Below are positions 9,092 through 19,215 of a stretch of 64,000 bases of DNA, in pieces. Positions within the stretch are counted from its first letter, which is position 1, and each line of letters starts with the position of its first letter. The notes below the pieces were generated by a model. It saw only the letters and a list, made by a program, of their open reading frames with translations. It had not been told where the DNA came from and did no database searches. This DNA comes from Turneriella sp. (GTDB taxonomy: Bacteria; Spirochaetota; Leptospiria; Turneriellales; Turneriellaceae): contig CBDIID010000003.1 of assembly GCA_965279515.1 (NCBI GenBank), forward strand, positions 2,304,001-2,368,000, written 5' to 3'. A program made the position numbers and the translations under genes.

Positions 9092-9825
9092 GGCTCGCCA
9101 CCGATGCGCATACTGTATACCGAACCGTCGCGCAGCATTTTATCCGCCGCGCGCGCGCCCGGGAAAAGTTTTTCGAGATATGCCCAGTAACTTTTCGAAT
9201 GGTTCTTATGTTTTGTGTGTGCGAGCTCGTGGCAGATGACATAGTCGATCAGCCGTTGCGGTGCAAACAACAGGCGGCCATTCAGCATGATGCGGTCATC
9301 GTGCGTGCAATAGCCGAGCCGCGATTTCTGCACGCGCACAAAGAATTCTTTGACGCGAATGCCATGCAGTTCGGCCCAATAGCGCGCGCGCTCCAAGAGC
9401 GCCGGCGTGCCGAACTTGACCATCTGCGCCAGCAGGTATTTCTCAAGATGAGTATAGAGCTTTTCCGTGTTTTCGGGTAAAAAGAATTCCGGCGCGAGAT
9501 GAAACGTGGATTTTCTTTCTTTATTCTTGCGATCAACCCGGTACTGGGGGTACTTCAGCGCCGGGTCAGCCAGTACGGTGAGCGCATAATGCGCCGTCTG
9601 AATCTGCGCCCCTTCGGGAACGGTACGCCCACCGCTTTGACGGTCGGCGCGCTGCCTCACCTTTTCCATCCATGCGCGGCGCGAAGTGAGAAATTCGCGG
9701 ATCCAGCCTTCGGGCGAGCCGTCGGGAACAGAGAGCACAAAACGACCTTGCGGCGTATACTTCAGCAGCGCGGTGCGCCGCCGCGTACGCGAATAAATCA
9801 CATCGACGTCGAGATCAGTCGTCAT
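9088..9825 (-). CDS. YgjP/DUF45-like zinc metallohydrolase
   Basis: QKSRLGYC, IDYVICHELAH..HKNHS..YW; start reset to ATG 9825. Confidence 0.85.
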   Translation of the reverse strand: MTTDLDVDVIYSRTRRRTALLKYTPQGRFVLSVPDGSPEGWIREFLTSRRAWMEKVRQRADRQSGGRTVPEGAQIQTAHYALTVLADPALKYPQYRVDRKNKERKSTFHLAPEFFLPENTEKLYTHLEKYLLAQMVKFGTPALLERARYWAELHGIRVKEFFVRVQKSRLGYCTHDDRIMLNGRLLFAPQRLIDYVICHELAHTKHKNHSKSYWAYLEKLFPGARAADKMLRDGSVYSMRIGGEP

Positions 9826-10648
9826 GCGCCAAAATAAATATGCGGTCGAGAAAATCCTTATCCTGGATCTTCTTGCCAAGAATATGCTGTATATAACGCC
9901 GGGTATAACGCTTCGAAAAATGCGTCAGCACAATTCTATCATTCTGGAAAAGTTCTTTATGCGCGATGATTTCGTCGAGATGAATATGCCCCCACTCCCT
10001 CGCGCGCGCCACCGGCCGCTTGTCGTCGATGTACGTGCATTCGATAAAAAGCACGGTCGCCTGCCGCGCCTCTTCGTTGTCGCTGAGAAACTCGATCGTC
10101 GTATCACCCGAAAAAGCAAATACAGGAATATCGCGGTCTTCGAAGATGTCATCGCCGCGGTCCTTCATGCGTTTGATCTCGCGCCCCGGCGTATTCAAAA
10201 ATTCATCTTTGAGTTTGCGGCTCTTGCGCAGTACAGCGTAGCCGCGGCAGGGAACGCGGTGGTGCGACTTCAACGCTAAGACGCGTAAATCTTTTCGCAG
10301 CGTGACTTCGTCGCCGGGAACCATCCCATGGAGCTTGATCTCGTATTCGAAACCTTCTATTTTCTGCCACAGTTTCAGAATCTGCGTCAGCGGTTCGACA
10401 ATTTCAACCGGGCAATGGATGTCGGGTGGCGGCAAATGCTTGAGGCTACGCTGGCTGATATAATAGGGTAAACCCGCCGAATGGTCTAGGTGGCCATGCG
10501 TCAGAAAGATGCGCGGAATTTCGACCAGCGCATCGGGACAGCGGCCTGTATCGAAGGCAACCTGGAAGTTGGAGAGTATATAACAGGTCTCGATGCCGCC
10601 ACGGCCGATCGCATCGACCTTGATATCCTTGTGGTTGAATTCAATCAC
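9815..10648 (-). CDS. rnz: Ribonuclease Z-like metallo-beta-lactamase (short form)
   Basis: THGHLDH, KLKDEF flexible arm, AFSGDT, IECTY, GHIH, HFSKRY. Confidence 0.8.
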   Translation of the reverse strand: MIEFNHKDIKVDAIGRGGIETCYILSNFQVAFDTGRCPDALVEIPRIFLTHGHLDHSAGLPYYISQRSLKHLPPPDIHCPVEIVEPLTQILKLWQKIEGFEYEIKLHGMVPGDEVTLRKDLRVLALKSHHRVPCRGYAVLRKSRKLKDEFLNTPGREIKRMKDRGDDIFEDRDIPVFAFSGDTTIEFLSDNEEARQATVLFIECTYIDDKRPVARAREWGHIHLDEIIAHKELFQNDRIVLTHFSKRYTRRYIQHILGKKIQDKDFLDRIFILAHDD

Positions 10649-10673
10649 TTCGGCCGCGCCCAGTGACCGGTGC

Positions 10674-11450
10674 TCATAGAGGCGCCAGGAACGGTAGATT
10701 CACCTGGAGATTCCGCTTGTGGATGTGGATGGCTACCTTGCACTCGAGTTTTTCCGGCTTGGTGAAAATTTCCTGCACGATTTCGTAACGGAATTTCTTC
10801 TTCTGCATCGCGGTATCGAGATTTTTCGCGATCTCTGCCGATTCGGCCACGTAATAATCGCGCGGCGGAAAATAGCGGGCGTCAAGCGACGTTAGGGCCA
10901 GTCCCTCGCGTGGTATCGTCGCCCCGTGCAGCAACTTCATCTGCATCGCTTCGGAAATCAGCCAGCGGTAGAGACCTAAAATACGCGCATTGAGGCAGGC
11001 ATTGTCAAATAACACGCGTTTGATTTCCATCGGCGCACGAATCTTCTCGTCGATGAGCGCCAGGTTGATCTCTTGCGGGTTGAGCTGATTGGCTTCAGCC
11101 ACGAGAATATCACCCAGCGGAAAACCGGTCGTCGGTTTACGCTGTTTGAGAAGATTCTGCTGTTGCTGATTAAATTCGGTAAACGCTTCGTGATCGAAAG
11201 CCTCGCTGATGCTGCTTGGGAGCAGCGTGGTTTTCAGGTCAAACGGCTTGGCAAGGTCGAGCGCACGGCCATAACTGACAATCTGGTAGGTCGCGGGATC
11301 GAGAAAACCTTCTTGCAGGCGGTCGACGGGCGACAGGTAGGTAATCTGCGCTGGTTTTTGAAAACAGGCTGTGGCAAGCAGAAATACGCTACCGATACCG
11401 GCCTGGCGGAGAGCAGAAATTACATGGATTCGACGCTGCGCATGATACAT
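10674..11450 (-). CDS. Hypothetical lipoprotein
   Basis: Long ORF with hydrophobic stretch ending LLATAC; start uncertain. Confidence 0.55.
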   Translation of the reverse strand: MYHAQRRIHVISALRQAGIGSVFLLATACFQKPAQITYLSPVDRLQEGFLDPATYQIVSYGRALDLAKPFDLKTTLLPSSISEAFDHEAFTEFNQQQQNLLKQRKPTTGFPLGDILVAEANQLNPQEINLALIDEKIRAPMEIKRVLFDNACLNARILGLYRWLISEAMQMKLLHGATIPREGLALTSLDARYFPPRDYYVAESAEIAKNLDTAMQKKKFRYEIVQEIFTKPEKLECKVAIHIHKRNLQVNLPFLAPL

Positions 11451-11574
11451 GCGACATAACTCCGCACGGGCTTCGCTCAGGCTGACAAGCCGAAAATCCA
11501 AAGCGGCTTTTTGCTTGACCCAAAAACTTTTCTGTCGACTCTGCACTCTCTAAATTTTATCTGAAGGGGATCTT

Positions 11575-13512
11575 ATGGAATACGTCAAGCTCAATGTCAA
11601 AACTTTTGTCGACGCGGTCGAACAATCATTCAAAAAAAATGGCAGCCGTCTGGCTGTGCGCTACCGGCAGGGGGGTGAAGAGTTTAAAACGCTGACTTAC
11701 TCCGAACTTGAAAAAAGCGTGCGCCTTGTCGCTGCGGGCCTGGCCGCAATCGGCCTCAAACCCAAAGACCATGTCGGCCTGATTGCCGATGTCAGCCACT
11801 ACTGGATCACGGCAAACCTCGCTATCCAGCTGAATGGTGCGGCGGATGTACCCCGCGGTACAGACTCTACGGGCCCTGAAATCGCTTTTATTCTCGACCA
11901 CTCCGGTTCCAGCATCGTTTTTGTGCATAACGCCGAGCAAGTCAAGAAGATCGAAGCGGGTCTCAAAAAATTTAAACACAAAGTGAAAAAATATATCGTC
12001 CTCAACGACGAAAAAACCGCGAAAGGCTCAAACGTCATGACACTTTCTGACCTGAAAGCCGAAGGTGAAAAGCTCATGAAAAAGGGCGGCAAGGCCGTTG
12101 CCGACTTTGAATCGCGCGCGGGTAAAGTTACCCCCACCGATCTTTCGGGTATTATTTACACATCGGGAACAACCGGTGAACCCAAGGGTGTCATGCTCAG
12201 CCACGGCAACTTTGCTTCGCAGATGCGCGTCATCCCCGAGATTCTTAAAATCGGCCCGTCTGACAGTGGCCTGACGCTGCTGCCGCCATGGCACGTTTTC
12301 GGGCGCATCACCGAAATGATGTTCTTCGCCATCGGTGCATCCGTCACATACACCGACATCAAACACATCGGCGAAGACATGCGCTCGATCAAACCAACCT
12401 ATGTACCGGCCGTGCCGCGCATCTGGGAAGGTGTTTACAACAAGATCATCGGCAATGTCAAGAAGCAGGGCAAAGAACCGATCTTCAATAAGTTCAAGGC
12501 AGCTGCGCTGAAGTATAACCACTTCACATCGATGCTCACCAACAAGGAGAAGCGTCCGCTGAAACGTTCGTTCGTCTCTTCGCTGATCGCACGCCTCGTC
12601 GGCCTTTTGGGAGCGATTGTCTGGTTTATCCCGAAAAAACTCGGTGATATTCTCGTCTTCAAGAAAGTGCTCGCAGCGACCGGCGGTCGCCTCAAAGCCT
12701 CGCTCTCCGGCGGCGGAGCCCTGCCGTCGTATATCGACGATTTCTTCCGCGCGATTGGTGTACGCATTCTCGAAGGTTATGGTCTGACAGAAACGTCACC
12801 TGTGCTTTCGGTGCGCCAACCCGACCGCGTGATTCCCGGTACCGTGGGCCCGTTGATTGCCGGTACAGAGTATAAGCTCATCGATCTCGAAGGCCGCGAT
12901 GTCACGAAGATTCCAGGTGCGAAAGGGACGATCCATGTGCGTGGCCCACAGGTCATGCAAGGCTATTACAAGAACCCGAAAAAAACCGCAGATGTACTCA
13001 CCCCCGATGGCTGGTTTAACACCGGCGACCTCGTCGTCATGAACCATTCGGGTGAAGTTTCCATCGTCGGCCGCAGCAAGGATACCCTGGTTCTCGTTGG
13101 TGGTGAAAACGTCGAACCGACACCGATTGAAGAGAAACTGAAAGAAAGCTCGTTCGTCGACCATGTCATGCTGGTATCGCGTGCCTTCGGCGAAGACCAG
13201 AAGGTGCTGGGCGCCCTGATTGTGCCCAATGCGGAAAATCTCGCTGACTGGTGCAAAAAGAACGGTGTCAGCGGTGATCTGGCTACGTGGGTGAGAGAGC
13301 CGAAGGTGCATGCAATGTACCGGTCCGAGATCAACAAGTACATCAATGCTGAGAACGGCTTTAAGAACTTTGAGAAAATTGGCGCTTTCGCCCTGCTGAA
13401 AAAACCTTTCGAACCTGGCGATGAACTAAACAACACACTCAAAGTACGCCGCCACATTGTCTCGGAGAAATACGACAAGTTGATCGACGAGATGTACGAC
13501 GCGGCGAAGTGA
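11575..13512 (+). CDS. fadD: Long-chain fatty acid--CoA ligase
   Basis: YTSGTTGEPKG, GYGLTET, GWFNTGD, GENVEP; RBS GAAGGGG. Confidence 0.92.
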   Translation: MEYVKLNVKTFVDAVEQSFKKNGSRLAVRYRQGGEEFKTLTYSELEKSVRLVAAGLAAIGLKPKDHVGLIADVSHYWITANLAIQLNGAADVPRGTDSTGPEIAFILDHSGSSIVFVHNAEQVKKIEAGLKKFKHKVKKYIVLNDEKTAKGSNVMTLSDLKAEGEKLMKKGGKAVADFESRAGKVTPTDLSGIIYTSGTTGEPKGVMLSHGNFASQMRVIPEILKIGPSDSGLTLLPPWHVFGRITEMMFFAIGASVTYTDIKHIGEDMRSIKPTYVPAVPRIWEGVYNKIIGNVKKQGKEPIFNKFKAAALKYNHFTSMLTNKEKRPLKRSFVSSLIARLVGLLGAIVWFIPKKLGDILVFKKVLAATGGRLKASLSGGGALPSYIDDFFRAIGVRILEGYGLTETSPVLSVRQPDRVIPGTVGPLIAGTEYKLIDLEGRDVTKIPGAKGTIHVRGPQVMQGYYKNPKKTADVLTPDGWFNTGDLVVMNHSGEVSIVGRSKDTLVLVGGENVEPTPIEEKLKESSFVDHVMLVSRAFGEDQKVLGALIVPNAENLADWCKKNGVSGDLATWVREPKVHAMYRSEINKYINAENGFKNFEKIGAFALLKKPFEPGDELNNTLKVRRHIVSEKYDKLIDEMYDAAK

Positions 13513-13520
13513 CGCCGATA

Positions 13521-13613
13521 CCCGCATCCCCTACCCTTCTCCCGGAGGGAGAAGAGAGAAAAAAGTGTCTTACTCCCCCTCTCCCCCTGGGAGAGGGGGT
13601 TGGGGGGTGAGGG
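13521..13613. repeat. CCCTCTCCC/GGGAGAGGG double-hairpin palindromic element, family B
   Basis: Two hairpins (CTTCTCCC-GGA-GGGAGAAG; CCCCCTCTCCC-CCT-GGGAGAGGGGG) with imperfect terminal IRs; similar to 32370-32467. Confidence 0.8.
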
Positions 13614-13616
13614 CCC

Positions 13617-15491
13617 ATGCTAACCTCCATCATCATCGATCGCGTTGGTAATACCAATGTTTTCAACGTCGTCCAGGAAAGTGGAGTCGGCAACCCTGCC
13701 CTCAAAGCCAATGAACGCCTGCAGTCAGTTATCGACGATGACCTCATCGGCGAATATCTCGAGGAGCTGGGGCGGATCGCCAACATTTCACGTTCGCTCT
13801 CTTCGTTGCCACGCGGCAGCGAAGAGCACCAGGCGCTGATCTTCCAGCACCTGAACCTTAGCCACAAGCTGCGCGAAATCGGCGAAGCGCTTTTTAAGCA
13901 GTTTTTTCCAGCGCCGCTGCAGGAATTTATCCGCGATTCGCAGCAGAGCTACCTGTACTTTCACGTCGACGCTGCCCTCGCCTCGTTGCCACTGGAAATT
14001 CTACACGACGGCTCGGCCTTTCTCTGGGAAAAATTCTATGTCGGCAAGGCCATCAAAGGACAGGATATCTCACTCAGCGACTTCCATCCGCGCGAGATCA
14101 TCAACATGCTCATCATCGCCGACCCGCGCGAAGATTTAGACTGGGCGCGGCGCGAGGGCGAGATGCTGTTCGAACACTTGGGCGCTTTCGTCAGCCCCAA
14201 AAAGATCAACCTGACACTCATCGGTGGCAAAACCGTAACCAAGCTCAACATTCTGAACGCCATTCTCGATAAAGACATCATCCACTACGCAGGCCACCTG
14301 CACTACAGCGGCAACCCCGATGAAAACGGCTGGTTGCTGTCAGACGGCAAGATTCTGTATGCGCGCGAATTTAAGATGAGCGGCGCGCAACCCAAACTGA
14401 TTTTTTGCAATTCATGCCTCAGCGCCCGCGCCGACCAGCATGTCGCCGATGCCTCGTGGTATGCGCATTTTGCTGCGGCGTTCATCCGCGCGGGGCGCAC
14501 GAGTTATGTCGGCACCAACTGGGAACTACCCGACCGGCAACCGACACTCGAGTTTACCACACAGTTCTACGACCACATCTTCCAGGGGAAATCGCTCGGC
14601 GAATCTTTGCAGCAAAGCCGCTCACATGCGCGTGAACATTTCTCGCTGAACGACCTGACCTGGGCATCGTACCTGCTGATGGGCAACCCGATGCAAACGG
14701 TCTTCCGCGCTGATTCGCTTCTGCCCGACGTCACGCGCAACATGCTCGAGGCCGAAGATGTCATCGCGCATTACCCCTACCCGATCGCCGAGGCATTCGA
14801 GAAGTTTCATAAAATCTTTGTTGCTAAAAGTGAAAAGGGCCAAAGCGGCGGCGAAGAGAGTCTCAAAGCGCTGTTCTATCTCTTTTCACAATGCCTGTTT
14901 TTCCTCACGGGATTGGTGCTCTCGAATTACCGGATCTTTAACTTTCCGAAGCCGATCGCGTTTCCGTTTCCCAATGTCGACAAATCACTCGCCGCACTGT
15001 TTTCGGCGCTCGGTGCGATACGCGCCATCAAGGCGCACCCGCTGGCTGTGAACCTGCTGGAAACGCTCTATGTCCATAAGGAAAACCTCGAAAAGATCGC
15101 CAACCTGCGCAAAAAATATCGTGGTGGCGCCGTCAAAGAGGCGGATTTTGAAACCTACACCATCACCGTACAATACCTCATGGAAGCGCTGCTCATCGAT
15201 CTCGACTTTTTGCGCCACTACGGCTTCTACCTGATCGTTGAACCCGGCCACCGCCAGCTGAGCTTCCACGGCGTTGAAACCCACCACACCCACCGCGATA
15301 TCATTCTACCAACGCAGGCCAATGCCATGACCTATACCGAGCTGCTCGAAAAAACCTCATACCTCGTCGGCCGCTGCGTATTTTATTCTCCGGTGAAAAA
15401 AACATTTCTCGATCTCTCGCCCTTTATGCGCATCAGCGCCGACGACGACGGCTCGTACGAATTTACTTTTACAAAGACGAAAGCAACGTAG
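13617..15491 (+). CDS. CHAT (caspase-like) domain protein
   Basis: LPLEILHDG, IIHYAGH, IFCNSC (His-Cys dyad), YVGTNWE, WASYLLMG. Confidence 0.88.
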   Translation: MLTSIIIDRVGNTNVFNVVQESGVGNPALKANERLQSVIDDDLIGEYLEELGRIANISRSLSSLPRGSEEHQALIFQHLNLSHKLREIGEALFKQFFPAPLQEFIRDSQQSYLYFHVDAALASLPLEILHDGSAFLWEKFYVGKAIKGQDISLSDFHPREIINMLIIADPREDLDWARREGEMLFEHLGAFVSPKKINLTLIGGKTVTKLNILNAILDKDIIHYAGHLHYSGNPDENGWLLSDGKILYAREFKMSGAQPKLIFCNSCLSARADQHVADASWYAHFAAAFIRAGRTSYVGTNWELPDRQPTLEFTTQFYDHIFQGKSLGESLQQSRSHAREHFSLNDLTWASYLLMGNPMQTVFRADSLLPDVTRNMLEAEDVIAHYPYPIAEAFEKFHKIFVAKSEKGQSGGEESLKALFYLFSQCLFFLTGLVLSNYRIFNFPKPIAFPFPNVDKSLAALFSALGAIRAIKAHPLAVNLLETLYVHKENLEKIANLRKKYRGGAVKEADFETYTITVQYLMEALLIDLDFLRHYGFYLIVEPGHRQLSFHGVETHHTHRDIILPTQANAMTYTELLEKTSYLVGRCVFYSPVKKTFLDLSPFMRISADDDGSYEFTFTKTKAT

Positions 15492-16047
15492 CGAGATTTT
15501 CGCCCGCTTTCCGGAAATTCTCTTTCCACTCGCGACGGCCATCGGGGCCGATGACATTCGTCGCGCACAAGAGTGCGGTGAAGGGTATACCCAGCTTACG
15601 GCAATACAAGGCAAGCGACGCAGCCTCCATATTCTCGAGAATGGGGCGCGGGTATTCGCGGGGGATATACCCCGTATTCTGCGCAAATTTTTCCGCATCG
15701 AGGCTGATGCCGTGGTTCTGCAAAACAGTCGCGCGCCGCAGCCCGGCAAAATTCACAACCTCGGCGGTCTGAACTTTCCGCGGTAAAAACTCCGGCAGTT
15801 CTTCATGGGCTACAGAGGGCAAGGCAAAATGCTGGCACTGAAAAGCCTGGAAAACATCTTCTCTCCCGGTCGAGCCGCAGGTACCGGCAAGTAAAACGCC
15901 GGCTGGTTTCTGCGCAGCCGCGAGCCGAGCAAATTCGGCCAAAGAATCAAACTGGCCGACACCCAGCGCATGGGGGGTAAATCCCCCTTTGGAAAAATCA
16001 TCAAACCCGGGAATTTCTTTCGCGTGAGCGACTACGAGCCAGCGCAT
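15469..16047 (-). CDS. Nucleoside phosphorylase/hydrolase family (PNP_UDP_1-like)
   Basis: LGVG, LAGTCGS, ENMEAASLA, ATNVIG. Confidence 0.75.
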   Translation of the reverse strand: MRWLVVAHAKEIPGFDDFSKGGFTPHALGVGQFDSLAEFARLAAAQKPAGVLLAGTCGSTGREDVFQAFQCQHFALPSVAHEELPEFLPRKVQTAEVVNFAGLRRATVLQNHGISLDAEKFAQNTGYIPREYPRPILENMEAASLALYCRKLGIPFTALLCATNVIGPDGRREWKENFRKAGENLATLLSSL

Positions 16048-16049
16048 GC

Positions 16050-16718
16050 TTAGCGTTTTTCGTCGTGCAGGTACTTTTCGATGATAACGTGGACGAGGTA
16101 GATCACGGGAGTTACCGCGATGGCGATCACGAGTTTATAAAGATAGTTATTCGTCGCCACCTTAAAAAATTCGGCATGCGTCCATTTACCCGGAATCACA
16201 AAGGCGATGTAGAGCACGACGAAAGTATCGATGAGCTGGCTGATCACCGTGCTGCCCGTCGCACGCAGCCAGAGGTGTGAGCCGCCTGTCCGCATTTTCA
16301 GCTGGTGGAAAATAAAAAAATCGAGAAACTGCCCGATGCCGAAGGCCACCAGTGACCCGATGATGATGCTCTGCGAGGTACCGAAGACGGTATTGAAGTT
16401 ATCGTCGCTGATCGCCGAAAACGAAGCCGCCCGCGTCATACCCATAAAGTAGAGAGCGACAAACACATAAGAGATCAGCAGCATGGTCAGCAGCGTGAGG
16501 CGGCGCACACCGGCGATCCCATAATATTCATTGATGAGGTCGGTCATGACAAAGACGACCGGCCAGACCAGCACGCCCACCGACAAATTGGCGGTGGTCA
16601 GGCCAAAGAAGCTGAAAGTGAAAATTTTGCCGCCGACCATCTCGGCTAGAATCGCATTGGTGACAAAAAAACCCGCGAGTACGATATAGAGCCGTTCTTT
16701 TTTCTGTGTATTTTCCAT
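16050..16718 (-). CDS. Queuosine precursor transporter (YhhQ/VUT family)
   Basis: TDLINEYYG, LWLRATGSTVISQLIDTFV; start reset to ATG 16718. Confidence 0.9.
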   Translation of the reverse strand: MENTQKKERLYIVLAGFFVTNAILAEMVGGKIFTFSFFGLTTANLSVGVLVWPVVFVMTDLINEYYGIAGVRRLTLLTMLLISYVFVALYFMGMTRAASFSAISDDNFNTVFGTSQSIIIGSLVAFGIGQFLDFFIFHQLKMRTGGSHLWLRATGSTVISQLIDTFVVLYIAFVIPGKWTHAEFFKVATNNYLYKLVIAIAVTPVIYLVHVIIEKYLHDEKR

Positions 16719-16782
16719 GGTAAGCGCCGTGCGCTCGTAGTTATGAAATTGACACACCCGTCAAAGAAAAAAACCATGCGCC

Positions 16783-17856
16783 ATGGAAAATACCCCGGCT
16801 CCTCTGGATAAAAAGGAGCGACGCAAATTACTGATCGGTAAACTGGTACACCTCAGCATTGTCATGGCGGTTGCCACCGTCCTGGGTGTTTTTGCCATAA
16901 AGATCATTTTATCTCATTATAAGCTCGAGCATAAGCCTATGGAGCTCGGGGGCGATGCCAAGGGTTTCCGCACGCAGTCGCGTACCGGCACTTATATGAA
17001 GCTCTCAAACCTGCACTTTCGCCTCACAGACGAGATCAACATGCAGGTCAAGGAGCTGATCGGCGAAGCTATCCCCAAGGGTAAGTCGCGGATTATCAAT
17101 TTCGACGATGTGAATTCGTTCAGCATCAACATTCTCTCCGGTGAAGCGTTTGTGCGCACCGAAATCATGGAATATATCTTCAATAACCTGGTCTTCAATT
17201 ACGACGGTTCGCCGCTGAAGAACATGAAGATGGAATTTTTCGACGACGACGAAGACGGCAAAAAGGTGAAAAAACTGCGCCTCTCGGGCGACATGAAACT
17301 CGTCATGTGGATCAGCTTCGAAATGGTCGGTAAAATGTACCTCGACCGCGAAAAGACGCTCATGATTATCGAAGCGGAACGCATCAAGTCACTGGGAAAT
17401 CCCTACACTAAAGCATTGCTCGACGCTGTCGGGCTCAACATGGAAAAACTGCTGCCGATACCGTCAGGCCGCGGCCTGACGATGGTCGGTAACAAGATTA
17501 TTGTCGAACCGTTCAAGATTTTTCCGCCGCCGCAGATCAGTGGTTTCATCAGCGACATGCGCGTACAGAACGATGGCTTACAGCTGTTCTTCTCGAGTAA
17601 CGTAAAGGTGAACTTTCCGCCCCTGCCGGTGCGCGACGTGAAGAACTATCTCTACCTCTACCAGGGCGATGTCAAATTCGGCAAGCTCATGATGGTCGAT
17701 GCGCGCCTGCAGATGGTTGACATGACGCAGAAAAATGATTTTGATTTTTACCTGAAAAAATACCAGATTCCACTCTCCGTGGGCCACTCTAAAATTATGG
17801 CCGACGGCTCGGTTGTCGCGTTTATTCCAGACTACCGCGACGTGCTCAAAAAATAG
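16783..17856 (+). CDS. Hypothetical membrane-anchored protein
   Basis: 357-aa ORF with one N-terminal TM helix and a beta-rich remainder. Confidence 0.7.
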   Translation: MENTPAPLDKKERRKLLIGKLVHLSIVMAVATVLGVFAIKIILSHYKLEHKPMELGGDAKGFRTQSRTGTYMKLSNLHFRLTDEINMQVKELIGEAIPKGKSRIINFDDVNSFSINILSGEAFVRTEIMEYIFNNLVFNYDGSPLKNMKMEFFDDDEDGKKVKKLRLSGDMKLVMWISFEMVGKMYLDREKTLMIIEAERIKSLGNPYTKALLDAVGLNMEKLLPIPSGRGLTMVGNKIIVEPFKIFPPPQISGFISDMRVQNDGLQLFFSSNVKVNFPPLPVRDVKNYLYLYQGDVKFGKLMMVDARLQMVDMTQKNDFDFYLKKYQIPLSVGHSKIMADGSVVAFIPDYRDVLKK

Positions 17857-17857
17857 C

Positions 17858-18283
17858 ATGCGCGGCGCGGCGGGCCTTATTATGGTTTTAATGGCGCTCG
17901 GGTGCAAAAGAAAATTCGAGATTCTGCCCGCAGACGCAAAGCAGGTGACGCGCAGCGACAAAACCGAAAGTGCAGGCGAAGGCCAGGCGGATGTCGCCCT
18001 GCGCGAATATAAATTCACCCATAAAGACCAGATCTTCCTCTGTGAATCGCGCGAGTTTGAAAACAGCACGGCGGCGCTCAATGCCGCGAAAAAAACTATC
18101 GCCGAACGGCCACAGGAAGAGCAGAAAACCGATAAAGCGCATTTTGCTCTGAGTGGCCGCTCGCTGTGGCTGAGAGCCGACAAACAACTTGTTTGGTGTA
18201 TGCTTTCCAGCGGCAAGGGTGATATCGCAGCAATGCAGCCGGTCAAAGAACTTTTCCTGAAAAAATTCCGCGAGGTTTCCTGA
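17858..18283 (+). CDS. Hypothetical lipoprotein
   Basis: ATG right after upstream stop; lipobox MALGC. Confidence 0.6.
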   Translation: MRGAAGLIMVLMALGCKRKFEILPADAKQVTRSDKTESAGEGQADVALREYKFTHKDQIFLCESREFENSTAALNAAKKTIAERPQEEQKTDKAHFALSGRSLWLRADKQLVWCMLSSGKGDIAAMQPVKELFLKKFREVS

Positions 18284-19215
18284 TGAAGCACTCCCTTCTA
18301 CCGGTTATCCTGTGTTTTTTCCTTACCTGCTCTGACGCATACGACGGCGAGACCGGAAAACAGCGCGGCTTATTCTCCCCCTCCGAAGAGTTCAATGCTT
18401 ACTGGAATTCGGGCACGGCCGAACTCACGCGCTATGATTTAAAACAGGCTCGCTATGGCAGCATGCACGACGGCGAAATGATCGTCGTCGTCGTCAGTGA
18501 ACCGTTCCGCACAGATAAACAGGTCAAGTCTGAACTGACACCGGGCACAAATGACACCCCCGTTCTCAAGGCACAACTGATGCGCCGTTTTGCGACAGGC
18601 ATCTACGACTATGAGCTGACCACGACCAGCTTCAAGCCCCTCGAAACAGGTTTGCTTCGCCGCGCCCCCAAGGTCACCGGGTCCGCCGTCGACTGGTGCG
18701 GTCACGCCTGGATGCAGCTCAACCTGAAAAGCGGCGCCTACCAGGCACAGGTGCGCTCTTATTTCGAGGCCGAAGCAGATGAAGATTTCAAAGTGGGCGA
18801 CGCGATTTCCGAAGACGAAATCTGGCAGCGTATACGTATGCATCCCAAATTTCTGCCGACCGGCGATACCCAGATGATCCCCTCGCTCATGTCGGCGCGG
18901 CTCAGGCACCGCCGCCTCAAGATCGAAACGGCCCAGGCTGAAACGCAGGCCTATGGCAAGCTCAGGCAGACGGAGTTCACGCTCCGTTATGCGACCGGTT
19001 CTCCCGAAGAACGGCAGGTCTCGTGGATTTTCGAAGATGCCTTCCCCCACCGTATTCTTGAATACCGCGAGACATACTGGGACGGCTTCGAAAAGAAACA
19101 AAAGCTGACTACCGTTGCCCGGCTCAAAAAGACCATCCGCAGCGCCTACTGGCGCGAACATAATCCGGAACATAAAAAACTAAGAAAAGAATTTGGCGTA
19201 AAGGGGTTTGATTGA
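18283..19215 (+). CDS. Conserved hypothetical lipoprotein
   Basis: Signal FFLTC; YW..G.AELTRY.L.QARYG, DWCG; coupled to neighbours. Confidence 0.7.
   Translation: MKHSLLPVILCFFLTCSDAYDGETGKQRGLFSPSEEFNAYWNSGTAELTRYDLKQARYGSMHDGEMIVVVVSEPFRTDKQVKSELTPGTNDTPVLKAQLMRRFATGIYDYELTTTSFKPLETGLLRRAPKVTGSAVDWCGHAWMQLNLKSGAYQAQVRSYFEAEADEDFKVGDAISEDEIWQRIRMHPKFLPTGDTQMIPSLMSARLRHRRLKIETAQAETQAYGKLRQTEFTLRYATGSPEERQVSWIFEDAFPHRILEYRETYWDGFEKKQKLTTVARLKKTIRSAYWREHNPEHKKLRKEFGVKGFD

Noticed and set aside
16719..16782. preQ1 riboswitch upstream of the queuosine precursor transporter
   Set aside because: The short divergent intergenic region has no recognisable preQ1 aptamer
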